Below are positions 1 through 7,584 of a DNA stretch of 16,994 bases, in pieces. The stretch is taken from contig CAYJVT010000016.1 in the NCBI GenBank assembly GCA_964373695.1, positions 1-16,994 of the forward strand, in the 5' to 3' direction. The notes below the pieces were generated by a model. That model saw only the letters and a list, made by a program, of their open reading frames with translations. It was not told the origin of the DNA and did not search any database. This DNA comes from an uncultured archaeon (GTDB lineage: Archaea > Aenigmatarchaeota > Aenigmatarchaeia > GW2011-AR5). The position numbers were made by a program, and so were the translations under genes. Within the stretch, counting starts at the first letter, position 1. Every line of letters begins with the position of its first letter.

Positions 1-1
1 C

Positions 2-26
2 CAAAAGACTTTGAAAAAGTCTTTTG
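2..26. repeat. Perfect inverted repeat, 11-bp stem with GAA triloop
   Basis: CAAAAGACTTT (2-12) GAA AAAGTCTTTTG (16-26). It lies downstream of the minus-strand ORF ending at 136. Confidence 0.9.
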
Positions 27-36
27 AGCAAAAGCA

Positions 37-56
37 GTGGAATCTGCAGATTTGAG
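37..56. repeat. 20-bp direct repeat, copy 1 (palindromic core AATCTGCAGATT)
   Basis: GTGGAATCTGCAGATTTGAG, identical to 7531-7550. Confidence 0.9.
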
Positions 57-135
57 GATATCACAAAGAGGCTTCTGAGATGATAAAGATGTAGAAACCG
101 ACATCTTCAGATGCCGGAGATGTAAACATCTTTGC

Positions 136-432
136 TCATTCCTTCATACTGTAAGCCGCAATAGATTTTTCTTCCAGGTAATTACTGGCGGACAGCCTGA
201 CTCCGTAGAACATCAGATATTCATGGGGCATATTTATGGAGTCAACGACGCTTCTGGCGTATCTTTCAGTGCCCCGCCAGCCTTCGACTTCCTCGGCCGT
301 CCTAAGCTGGGAGTTTTCAAATAAATACCCGCCTGCATTAAGAGCTGCAAGAGCTCCGGCAACGACCAGCGCCTTTCTGAGCCCGTTCATTCCATAATGA
401 TAACGTTCCACGGCTTTTATAGTTTCTATCAA
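136..432 (-). CDS. Small hypothetical protein with one hydrophobic segment
   Basis: 98-aa ORF from TTG, co-directional with the HAD gene. ATG at 390 (MNGLRKALVVAGALAALNAGGYLF) is an equally plausible start and gives an N-terminal signal/anchor. Confidence 0.6.
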   Translation of the reverse strand: MIETIKAVERYHYGMNGLRKALVVAGALAALNAGGYLFENSQLRTAEEVEGWRGTERYARSVVDSINMPHEYLMFYGVRLSASNYLEEKSIAAYSMKE

Positions 433-456
433 CCCATGATGTAATGAATAATTTGG

Positions 457-1065
457 TCAGGTGAAAAGCACCTCAAGCTCCTGGACGGAACTTACAATGT
501 AATCCGGATTTTCCCTTTCGAGCTTCTCCCTTGAATGAAGGCCCCACGTCACAGCCACCGTTTTCACTCCTGCCTCCTTTCCCTCTTTCATGTCACCTAC
601 CGTATCGCCGATGAAGTATATGTCCTTCCCATGGAACCTCTTCCTGATGGAGGACAGCTTTTCCACCTTGCTCGTGCCCTTGTCGCCGCCAAGAATTTCT
701 TTTATATGGCTGATGCCGTTTTCCGCCAGGTTCTTTTGCACCGACGCCGTGACGTTGGACGTCACTATGATTATTTCGTTCTTATCAGAAAGGTATTCGA
801 GCATCTCTTTCGCGCCTGGAAAGAGGTGTATTGTTTCCTTCCAGCAATTCTCCATGAAATCCTTCAGCAATTCGGGTATCATCTCCCTTTTCAATCCAAG
901 CTCGACCGCCGTCTCGTAGAAATTCTTACCGAACAACTTGCCATATTCCTCTACATCTTTTACAGGAGACAGTCCGTACTTATGGCAGAGCCTGTTGAAT
1001 ATTTTCACATGAGTTTCAGCAGAGTCCGATATGACGCCGTCGAAATCGAAGACTAGGATTTTCAT
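457..1065 (-). CDS. HAD-superfamily hydrolase (phosphoglycolate phosphatase-like)
   Basis: Motif I FDFDGVISDS, motif II IVTSN, motif III Lys (KGTSK), motif IV FIGDTVGD. ATGA overlap with the stop of the upstream gene (1062-1065). Confidence 0.92.
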   Translation of the reverse strand: MKILVFDFDGVISDSAETHVKIFNRLCHKYGLSPVKDVEEYGKLFGKNFYETAVELGLKREMIPELLKDFMENCWKETIHLFPGAKEMLEYLSDKNEIIIVTSNVTASVQKNLAENGISHIKEILGGDKGTSKVEKLSSIRKRFHGKDIYFIGDTVGDMKEGKEAGVKTVAVTWGLHSREKLERENPDYIVSSVQELEVLFT

Positions 1066-2789
1066 CGCTTTCTCTTTCTTTTTGAAGCATTAATGCCTTT
1101 TCGCAGAATAACTCTTCGCCCTTTGGACATTTTCCTCATGAAGAGAAGACCGGCTAAAAGCGCTGCAAGGAAGACAGCAATGTAGGCTATATTGTCCATG
1201 AATACTCTTACCACGCTTCCTGTTATGTAGTTCTCATTCTCTGCCTGAAGGCGGCTTTCAGGCACCGGCGGCTCTGCATATTTGCCTTCATCCGCAGCCG
1301 GCGGGGCCGGCTCCGATTCGGGCTGAACGGTATTCTTCGTTTCGTTCTTCACGGTTTCATAGGCCTTTGACTCGTTCTTCTTGATTATGGCAGGACCCCC
1401 GAAAGAGCTCTTCGGAGACGGGGCGAAGTTGCCGCTTCCGCCGCCGCTTCCGCCACCTGATGGCACAGACTGCGGTTCGGGTTGGGGCGCATCGCCGACC
1501 TCGTAAACGGTGAAGTGCTCAACCCTGAAGACGAGGATGCCGTTCCCGTAGCTTATTATCCGGCATATTTCCTCGGGGCACGGCCTGCCGTTCTGCTTTA
1601 TGACGGGGCTAGACGCCTCTATATTGTAGAGAGTAATTATTGCGCTCCTGTTCAGGTGCTGCATGAATTGGGTGTCTATTTCGACGCGGTTCCTTGATAT
1701 GTTTATGTACCTCTCCATCTCCTGCACGGCGGTAAGGTCTATCGGCTCGTCAAAGACGAGCTTTCCCACGGAGGACCTTTCAATGGTTATGTTGGTCGCA
1801 TTGGCAAGGTCCTGGACATTGCTGTAATTTATGCTCATGGTCGTCCGGGGCATCACAACGATGTAATTTTTCCCCGAAAGGTAAGTCTTGTTCATGTATT
1901 CGCACGAGACGCCCCACCAGTAATAGCCCTTTTCCATGTAAGCTTCGCTCTGGACGCTCTGGTTCCTCAGACTGACGGAGCAGGTACCGTTCGATGCGCT
2001 GAATAGGAACGTATGGTTGCCTTCGAGCACCACGCTGTTGTTCCGCGGATAGACGAGGCTTATTTCAACGCTTGCTGTCTGGTTCGCGGCAGGAGGCGGA
2101 CTTGCATATACATTGAACGTGCTCGACGCAGTGTATTCGCCGTCGCTGGCATTTATCGTATGCGTGCCGTTGTACGGATATGAAACAGGCGTCAGCGTCG
2201 CCGCACTGCCCGATATGACTATGGAAATATTGCCGTTGCCGTCTGCAGTGAACGCAAGCGTCTCGTTGTCCGAGAAGTATTCCGAGAGGTTGAGCGAATA
2301 AGAGCCGCTGTATTCCATCACTATGTCAGGCATGTCTGTCAGAAGCATGGGCGGCTCGTTCTCATATTCATCAGTCTCGTTCTCGAACGTCCTGTTGCCC
2401 GAGGACAGCTTCCCGTAATAAATTACATAGGTTATAGACGTCGCGTTCTTCTTCTTGTCGGCCTTGCTATAAATGACGTTGTCAAATTCCACTGTCGCCT
2501 TTTTGCAGAAGCCGTCCTTGTATTTCTCCTTCGTCGTCGTGAAGTTGACGGCGGCCCCGTCCTTCATGGTGACCAGAATACCGTCTTTGCACGAGCCGGG
2601 CCTGAAGCTCTCGAACTTTATATTCTTGCTGAGCTCCTTCTTCACCGAGGTCGAGTTGAGCTCCGTTTCGTAGGCATAGCCGTCCGAAATGAGGAATCCT
2701 GCGAGGTTGGAGGAAAGGTACGAAGCCGCTAGAAGGAAGGCAAGTATGGCCGCGTACTCGAGTATGTGTATCTCTTCCTTCTTCTTCAT
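1062..2789 (-). CDS. Cell-surface glycoprotein with N- and C-terminal TM segments and Ig/cadherin-like domains
   Basis: N-terminal hydrophobic helix and a cadherin/Ig-like segment (LNLSEYFSDNETLAF...TINASDG). Contains a CPEEIC disulfide-type motif, a Pro/Gly/Ser linker, a C-terminal TM (IAYIAVFLAALLAGLLFM) with a basic tail, and many N-X-S/T sequons. Confidence 0.8.
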   Translation of the reverse strand: MKKKEEIHILEYAAILAFLLAASYLSSNLAGFLISDGYAYETELNSTSVKKELSKNIKFESFRPGSCKDGILVTMKDGAAVNFTTTKEKYKDGFCKKATVEFDNVIYSKADKKKNATSITYVIYYGKLSSGNRTFENETDEYENEPPMLLTDMPDIVMEYSGSYSLNLSEYFSDNETLAFTADGNGNISIVISGSAATLTPVSYPYNGTHTINASDGEYTASSTFNVYASPPPAANQTASVEISLVYPRNNSVVLEGNHTFLFSASNGTCSVSLRNQSVQSEAYMEKGYYWWGVSCEYMNKTYLSGKNYIVVMPRTTMSINYSNVQDLANATNITIERSSVGKLVFDEPIDLTAVQEMERYINISRNRVEIDTQFMQHLNRSAIITLYNIEASSPVIKQNGRPCPEEICRIISYGNGILVFRVEHFTVYEVGDAPQPEPQSVPSGGGSGGGSGNFAPSPKSSFGGPAIIKKNESKAYETVKNETKNTVQPESEPAPPAADEGKYAEPPVPESRLQAENENYITGSVVRVFMDNIAYIAVFLAALLAGLLFMRKMSKGRRVILRKGINASKRKRKR

Positions 2790-2795
2790 TGTATA

Positions 2796-2810
2796 TATAT
2801 TACCCTGACT
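2796..2810. repeat. 15-bp intergenic direct repeat, copy 1 (possible regulatory site)
   Basis: TATATTACCCTGACT, identical to 6773-6787. Confidence 0.6.
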
Positions 2811-2853
2811 TCAATTAATATTTTTGCGCCCCGGCAAGCAGCGACGCAAAGAA

Positions 2854-3225
2854 CTATTCCCTTTTTATCTTCCTGACGGCCTCTTCCATCTCGTTCATGT
2901 CCTGGAGCCTCTCGGCCGACGACAGCCGCCTCTCAATGATGTCTATGTCGCCGGAAATCCTCTCGCTGAGCTCCTCAATATACTTCATCTTCTGCGACAG
3001 GTCGTCTATTTTTTCCCCCAAGGCCTCGATGACGGTTTCCATGGATTTCGCGGCCCCGTGGAGACCATCGAGCCTCTTTTCGAGCTCGGCGTCGTTCGCA
3101 TAAAGCTTCTCTATCTCGCCGGAAACGGCGTCAGAATACTCGGAATTTATGGACTTGACCAGGCGTCCTACCCTCTCGTTTATGTCCGCCTGCTCCTTCA
3201 GAATCCTCCCGGCATCCTGGACCAT
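2854..3225 (-). CDS. Hypothetical coiled-coil protein
   Basis: 123 aa, E/K/D/R-rich with heptad-like I/L spacing. Co-directional with its neighbours. Confidence 0.75.
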   Translation of the reverse strand: MVQDAGRILKEQADINERVGRLVKSINSEYSDAVSGEIEKLYANDAELEKRLDGLHGAAKSMETVIEALGEKIDDLSQKMKYIEELSERISGDIDIIERRLSSAERLQDMNEMEEAVRKIKRE

Positions 3226-3288
3226 GATAATTATTGTCTTCGGGTATTTTTATTGCAATGCCAAATTACGCAGGAAATGCGTGCGTGA

Positions 3289-4734
3289 TTACCTTCTTTC
3301 CCCGGCACCCTCTATCTGCAGGAAAGGGTGCGGGCCGCCTATGCAATAGGTGCACAATTGGCTTCGCGGGACACCGCTCCTCTCGAACGCGCGAAGCATG
3401 CCTTCAGCGGACAAAAAATACACCTCATCCACTCTCATCAGTTCCGCAATCTCCGCCAGAGTCCTGCCTCTTGCTATAAACTGGTGGTCAGGCGGGCTTT
3501 CCGTCGGCGGCATGTCGACGCCGAACTCGCATCCCCTGGGCACGCCGTCGTCCCCTATGATGCCTATCATCGGAGTATAATTAAGATAGACTATGCCACT
3601 CACGCCCGCCTCGTAAAGAAGGTCTATGCCGCGCCTGGAATTGTTCCCTCTTATGGTGCTGTCGTCCACAACCACGACCCTTTTCCCCCGCACGTCGGCC
3701 TCGTCAAGGATGTGAAGATTCTCGCCTATGGAGTCTTCCCTCTCTCTGCCGCTGGAGCCCATGAAAGAGCGCTCCCCCCGGAGCTTATAGAAGACGCTTT
3801 CAAAAGGCTTTCCAGTTCTTGCGGCGTAGACTTCGGCAGCCGGCTCAGGACACCGCGGCATGAACGTCACAATGTCGGCATCCGTTACGGGATGCTCTTC
3901 AGCCAGCGCAGAGCCCAGGGCCTGCCTCACCGTCCTCACGCTAACCCCGTCCATCACCGAATCCTTGTCGGCAATGTAATTGTATTCAAAGAAGCACCGC
4001 CTCAGCACGGCGTCGGCGGCTTTTTCGCATCTCATCTCCCCGTTCGGGGCCAGGTAATAGATTGTCCCGGGCTCAAGGTCCCTCCTGAATTCCCCATGGC
4101 CTTTCCTGAACGCTATATCTTCAGACGCAACGCCGTATTTGCCGTCCTTGTAACCCAGGACTCCGGGCTTTATTCCCGTCCTATCCCTCATGACTATAAC
4201 ATCTTTCATATCTTTCCTGGAAATATCCGCAATAGCCATCGTGTAAGCGCCCGGAATGCTATTCATCAGGCCCCTTTCACCTATTTCCTTGTAGATATGA
4301 AGCAGGGCCTCGGTGTCGGAGCCACTTCTCAGGAGCGCCCTGTCGACCCCGGAAAGGTATTCGGCGCTGACCTGCCCGTTGTGAACGACCGCCATCTCAC
4401 AATCTCTTATTATAACATGATTCTCCTTGTCGATGAACGTCCCGCCTATTACATGGGGATGCGCGTCTTCCAGAAGCATGTCCTTCCTTCCCCGCGTAGC
4501 GTATCTCACGTGCCCCATGTATGTATGATAGTCGCCGCTTCTGAGAAGTTTATACAAGTCCCCGAGGTCGATGGTGGCAACGGTGCCCCTCCACTTGACG
4601 ACATCTATGGTGTCGCCGATGGCGGCGATGCCTGCTGCCTCCCTTCCCCTGTGCTGCAGGTCGCCGATGAAAGAATAAGCGTCATTCAGGCTGTGGGTCA
4701 CGCAGAATCCGCAGTTGTGGTCTACTTCGTACAT
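3289..4734 (-). CDS. purF: Amidophosphoribosyltransferase (glutamine PRPP amidotransferase), propeptide- and Fe-S-containing type
   Basis: Short propeptide then the Ntn nucleophile Cys (MYEVDHN|CGF). Motifs LQHRG, GHVRYAT and PRPP-binding VVVVDDS. Four Cys sit at the Fe-S ligand positions of B. subtilis-type PurF (RCFFE, GCEFG, CTYC). Confidence 0.9.
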   Translation of the reverse strand: MYEVDHNCGFCVTHSLNDAYSFIGDLQHRGREAAGIAAIGDTIDVVKWRGTVATIDLGDLYKLLRSGDYHTYMGHVRYATRGRKDMLLEDAHPHVIGGTFIDKENHVIIRDCEMAVVHNGQVSAEYLSGVDRALLRSGSDTEALLHIYKEIGERGLMNSIPGAYTMAIADISRKDMKDVIVMRDRTGIKPGVLGYKDGKYGVASEDIAFRKGHGEFRRDLEPGTIYYLAPNGEMRCEKAADAVLRRCFFEYNYIADKDSVMDGVSVRTVRQALGSALAEEHPVTDADIVTFMPRCPEPAAEVYAARTGKPFESVFYKLRGERSFMGSSGREREDSIGENLHILDEADVRGKRVVVVDDSTIRGNNSRRGIDLLYEAGVSGIVYLNYTPMIGIIGDDGVPRGCEFGVDMPPTESPPDHQFIARGRTLAEIAELMRVDEVYFLSAEGMLRAFERSGVPRSQLCTYCIGGPHPFLQIEGAGERR

Positions 4735-4785
4735 TTGCTTTCTATAAGCTAGATTTCCCCTGTCTTTTTATCCTGTTTGTCCCAC

Positions 4786-5610
4786 TTACCGCTTTCTCTT
4801 CTTGGCTTCGATGTAGAAGAAGGTGGTGGCGGATTCCTTGAATACCTGCGCGAATCCCATGATGAACGCGGACACCAGGCCGCCGGCGAATATCTGCGAA
4901 AGGCTGTCCCTGACGGCCCCGGCTATGGAAGGCCCGGCTCCCGTTTCAAGGTTTGAAAGAATGGCAGCTATCACCGGCCATGCCGCCACGAGAAGCGGTA
5001 TCATCGCGACTATGAAGAGCGCGAAGGAAACTATCGCCAGCAATACCCAGAAGAGCACGGTGTCAAGCTTCCTTGACATGAAGACATTGTAGCTGTCCTT
5101 TATCGAATCGACGGTGTTTTTCCTTGAAACCACGACTGACTGGAGGACCACCAAGAACACCCAGGTGATGACTATCATGAAGAACCATCCCACGAAAGGT
5201 ATTGCACTAAGGCCGGTGCTGATAATTTTTACTATTATGATGGCTCCCAGAAGGCTCAGATATCTTCCCCTGAAGGCCTTCCTGCTGCCACTGAGGGACA
5301 GCCCTTTCCCGTTGTAAAAGGCTTTGGCATTGTCTATTATGATTCCCCTGACGTAAACGTCAAGAAGGAAGACCGCAATCGTTACGAAGACCAACAGGAC
5401 GAAGAATGACGACAATGAAACAGCTATATCAAGCGGAACGCTGCCGGCCGCCGAAAGCATGCCGTACTGCGAAAGGAAATTCATGGCCGAGTCGGCAAAA
5501 GCCGTGAACAGTATCAGGAACGGCATGAGAAGCAGGAAGAAAGGCGCTATCCTTCTCCATTCAAGAGAATACTTCCATGCCCTGGAGAATATTTTCCCGA
5601 GAGGTACCAT
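4786..5610 (-). CDS. Multi-pass membrane protein of unknown function
   Basis: 274 aa with about 6 hydrophobic helices and a basic C-terminal tail. Confidence 0.8.
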   Translation of the reverse strand: MVPLGKIFSRAWKYSLEWRRIAPFFLLLMPFLILFTAFADSAMNFLSQYGMLSAAGSVPLDIAVSLSSFFVLLVFVTIAVFLLDVYVRGIIIDNAKAFYNGKGLSLSGSRKAFRGRYLSLLGAIIIVKIISTGLSAIPFVGWFFMIVITWVFLVVLQSVVVSRKNTVDSIKDSYNVFMSRKLDTVLFWVLLAIVSFALFIVAMIPLLVAAWPVIAAILSNLETGAGPSIAGAVRDSLSQIFAGGLVSAFIMGFAQVFKESATTFFYIEAKKRKR

Positions 5611-5631
5611 AATTACCTATTCCGGGAGCGG

Positions 5632-5670
5632 TATATAAAGGTAAACAGCCTGTGAGCAACCTTTTTTATA
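5632..5670. promoter_or_regulatory. Divergent archaeal TATA boxes
   Basis: Minus-strand TTTATATA (5632-5639) lies ~22-29 nt upstream of ATG 5610. Plus-strand TTTTATA (5664-5670) lies ~20-26 nt upstream of ATG 5690. Confidence 0.6.
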
Positions 5671-5689
5671 GCAGGCAGCAGATATTCTT

Positions 5690-6313
5690 ATGGCATTAAC
5701 AGTGTTGGATGTAAATGTTCTTTCAAACATTATAGTTATTTTCAGCTGCCTCTTCTTGTTCTACAAATGGAGGATAAAAAACCACAGGTTCGCGCTTAAT
5801 TTTGTAATTATTGCATTTGTATTCTTAGGCGTTCTTCTGATAGAATTTCTTGATGCGTCAGAAAACAGCTTTTTCCTGTTAGTGGCTATACTTTCAATAA
5901 TCTTCACGGCATCTCTTGCCTACGCATGCACATGCCTGCTGAAAGAGTGCAGGCACATCCTAGTAGTATTCGCCCTGTATGCTCTTGTTCCGGTATTCTT
6001 GGCTTTTGAAAACACCCCCGTTAATATTTTGTTCTTCATACGCGTCATCGGATATGTAATACTCATACCGTTTTTCATGATGCTTTTCACTGTCAGAAGA
6101 AAGGAAATCAGGATTTTTTCCCTGTTGGGCGTCAGTGCCGTTAGCATGGGCATGCTTTTTCTCGGCACCGTGATAACGAACCCGCATCTGCGCGAGCTTA
6201 TCCCTTGGTACATAATAAGGATTATATTTGCCGCGATGTTTCTGATTCTCGCTCATTTTTCAATACATATGCATGACGGTGTTCTGAATCACAGAAGGGG
6301 AAAAAGGAAATGA
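5690..6313 (+). CDS. Integral membrane protein, about 7 TM helices
   Basis: Seven hydrophobic stretches in 207 aa. ATGA overlap with the next gene (6310-6313). Confidence 0.8.
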   Translation: MALTVLDVNVLSNIIVIFSCLFLFYKWRIKNHRFALNFVIIAFVFLGVLLIEFLDASENSFFLLVAILSIIFTASLAYACTCLLKECRHILVVFALYALVPVFLAFENTPVNILFFIRVIGYVILIPFFMMLFTVRRKEIRIFSLLGVSAVSMGMLFLGTVITNPHLRELIPWYIIRIIFAAMFLILAHFSIHMHDGVLNHRRGKRK

Positions 6314-6759
6314 AAGGCGACGAAGACAGCATATATTTTGTTGCAATTTTATTTACATTTATAATAGGCCTTTCGGCATTGTACGTATTTTATATAGAAC
6401 TGGGAAATTCGAAAACGCCTGAAAGTGAGGCAGACATGATAAAGGATTATATTGGCATTCCGGATGAAATAATCGAAAAGATAAGCACAAGCAGGCAGCT
6501 GCAGGCCTCGCTTGAATTTGGGGGTTTTCTCGAAGGAACCAACGGCATCATCATAAGGAATGCCGGGGATGTCCCCCTCTCGGGCTTTGGCTTTTTTACT
6601 GACGGACAGGAAGTCTCCACCTTCATATCACCCGACGTGCTTTTCCCGGGCTCTTATGGAATAATACTTCTTGATGACACTGCATGGAACAGCATTTCAG
6701 ACAAGAAATTCACCCAGATAAGCACGAGACAGGGCGTAAGGCTGTTTATCAGGAAATGA
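6310..6759 (+). CDS. Single-TM protein, possibly archaeal type IV pilin-like
   Basis: MKG followed by a hydrophobic helix (degenerate class III signal). The C-terminal IIIRNAGDVPLSGF..TDG..LFPG resembles archaeal pilin/flagellin-like beta domains. Confidence 0.45.
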   Translation: MKGDEDSIYFVAILFTFIIGLSALYVFYIELGNSKTPESEADMIKDYIGIPDEIIEKISTSRQLQASLEFGGFLEGTNGIIIRNAGDVPLSGFGFFTDGQEVSTFISPDVLFPGSYGIILLDDTAWNSISDKKFTQISTRQGVRLFIRK

Positions 6760-6772
6760 CTTCTAAATAGCT

Positions 6773-6787
6773 TATATTACCCTGACT
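6773..6787. repeat. 15-bp intergenic direct repeat, copy 2
   Basis: TATATTACCCTGACT, identical to 2796-2810. It overlaps a plausible TATA element of the gene at 6801. Confidence 0.6.
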
Positions 6788-6800
6788 ACAAATAACTATT

Positions 6801-7448
6801 ATGCTGTACTGCAGGAAATGCAAGGCCAAATATTTCAAGGACGACATCAGCGTATGCAAGTTCTGCGGAGGGGATGTCGTTGATGGCGAAGATTTCTATT
6901 CAAAACACCTAAGATTCCGCTTCCCTATCCCAGACAGCGCCTTCATGAAGGCTCTGATATTCGTTACAGCTATTATTGTAGTCATATCCCCGCTGCTCTT
7001 TTATTCGCCAACCGGCGCTGTTGTGCAAAAAACATGCCAAGAAGTTGAGGAGCGATATATTGATGAGGTGCCGTATGAAACTGACACCGTTTACAGCTAT
7101 TATCCGAAATACAATATACTGGGCTCTTCTATGACGGAGCAGTGGAGCAACCAGCTTGGCGTATATTACAATTACAGCGTGACCCTTGAAAACATAGATT
7201 CAGAGGACTACTATTATACAGTCCAATTCATACTGGACACCTCAAACCACGGCAAGCTGAGCAGCCTTGTAAAAAAGCCTTTAAAGAACGGCAGCGCAGA
7301 TATATTCGAGGCGTATTTCGACACTGATTTGAATGAAAAGGTTGACGGCAAGTTCGTGGTCTTTCCCGAGCCGGTGCAGAAGACAGGCAAAGCGATAAAG
7401 ATAGAGAACAGGCCCATGACAAGGAAGGTGACAAAATGCGATACGTGA
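6801..7448 (+). CDS. Zinc-ribbon, single-TM protein with a C-terminal beta-rich domain
   Basis: N-terminal CRKC...CKFC, then a TM (ALIFVTAIIVVISPLLFY) and a beta-rich remainder. Confidence 0.8.
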   Translation: MLYCRKCKAKYFKDDISVCKFCGGDVVDGEDFYSKHLRFRFPIPDSAFMKALIFVTAIIVVISPLLFYSPTGAVVQKTCQEVEERYIDEVPYETDTVYSYYPKYNILGSSMTEQWSNQLGVYYNYSVTLENIDSEDYYYTVQFILDTSNHGKLSSLVKKPLKNGSADIFEAYFDTDLNEKVDGKFVVFPEPVQKTGKAIKIENRPMTRKVTKCDT

Positions 7449-7496
7449 TTTCACCCGGAATCGTTTTTTGCTTTCTCGCTCCGGCTTTTAGCATCC

Positions 7497-7540
7497 CAGA
7501 TTCCACCTCCTAACCATCGTTTTAAAAATGGTGGAATCTG
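7497..7540. terminator. Inverted repeat between convergent genes (possible terminator)
   Basis: CAGATTCCACC (7497-7507) and GGTGGAATCTG (7530-7540) form 11-bp arms between stops at 7448 and 7585. Confidence 0.4.
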
Positions 7541-7550
7541 CAGATTTGAG
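7531..7550. repeat. 20-bp direct repeat, copy 2
   Basis: GTGGAATCTGCAGATTTGAG, identical to 37-56. Confidence 0.9.
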
Positions 7551-7584
7551 TGCATTTATTGCAATAAAAGATATTTCCAGACGG

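Noticed and set aside
1420-1465. GCC/CCG-rich short repeats
   Set aside because: They simply encode the Gly/Ser linker of the 575-aa surface protein.
3328-4752. 474-aa plus-strand ORF antisense to purF
   Set aside because: It is in exact codon register with purF (offset 39 nt), has no recognisable motifs and is rich in R/H/P: a shadow ORF. The same applies to 535-1056 and 2824-3288.
5690-6313. Rhodopsin call for the 7-TM protein
   Set aside because: No retinal-binding Lys in the seventh helix and no DxxxK or SxxxK motif.
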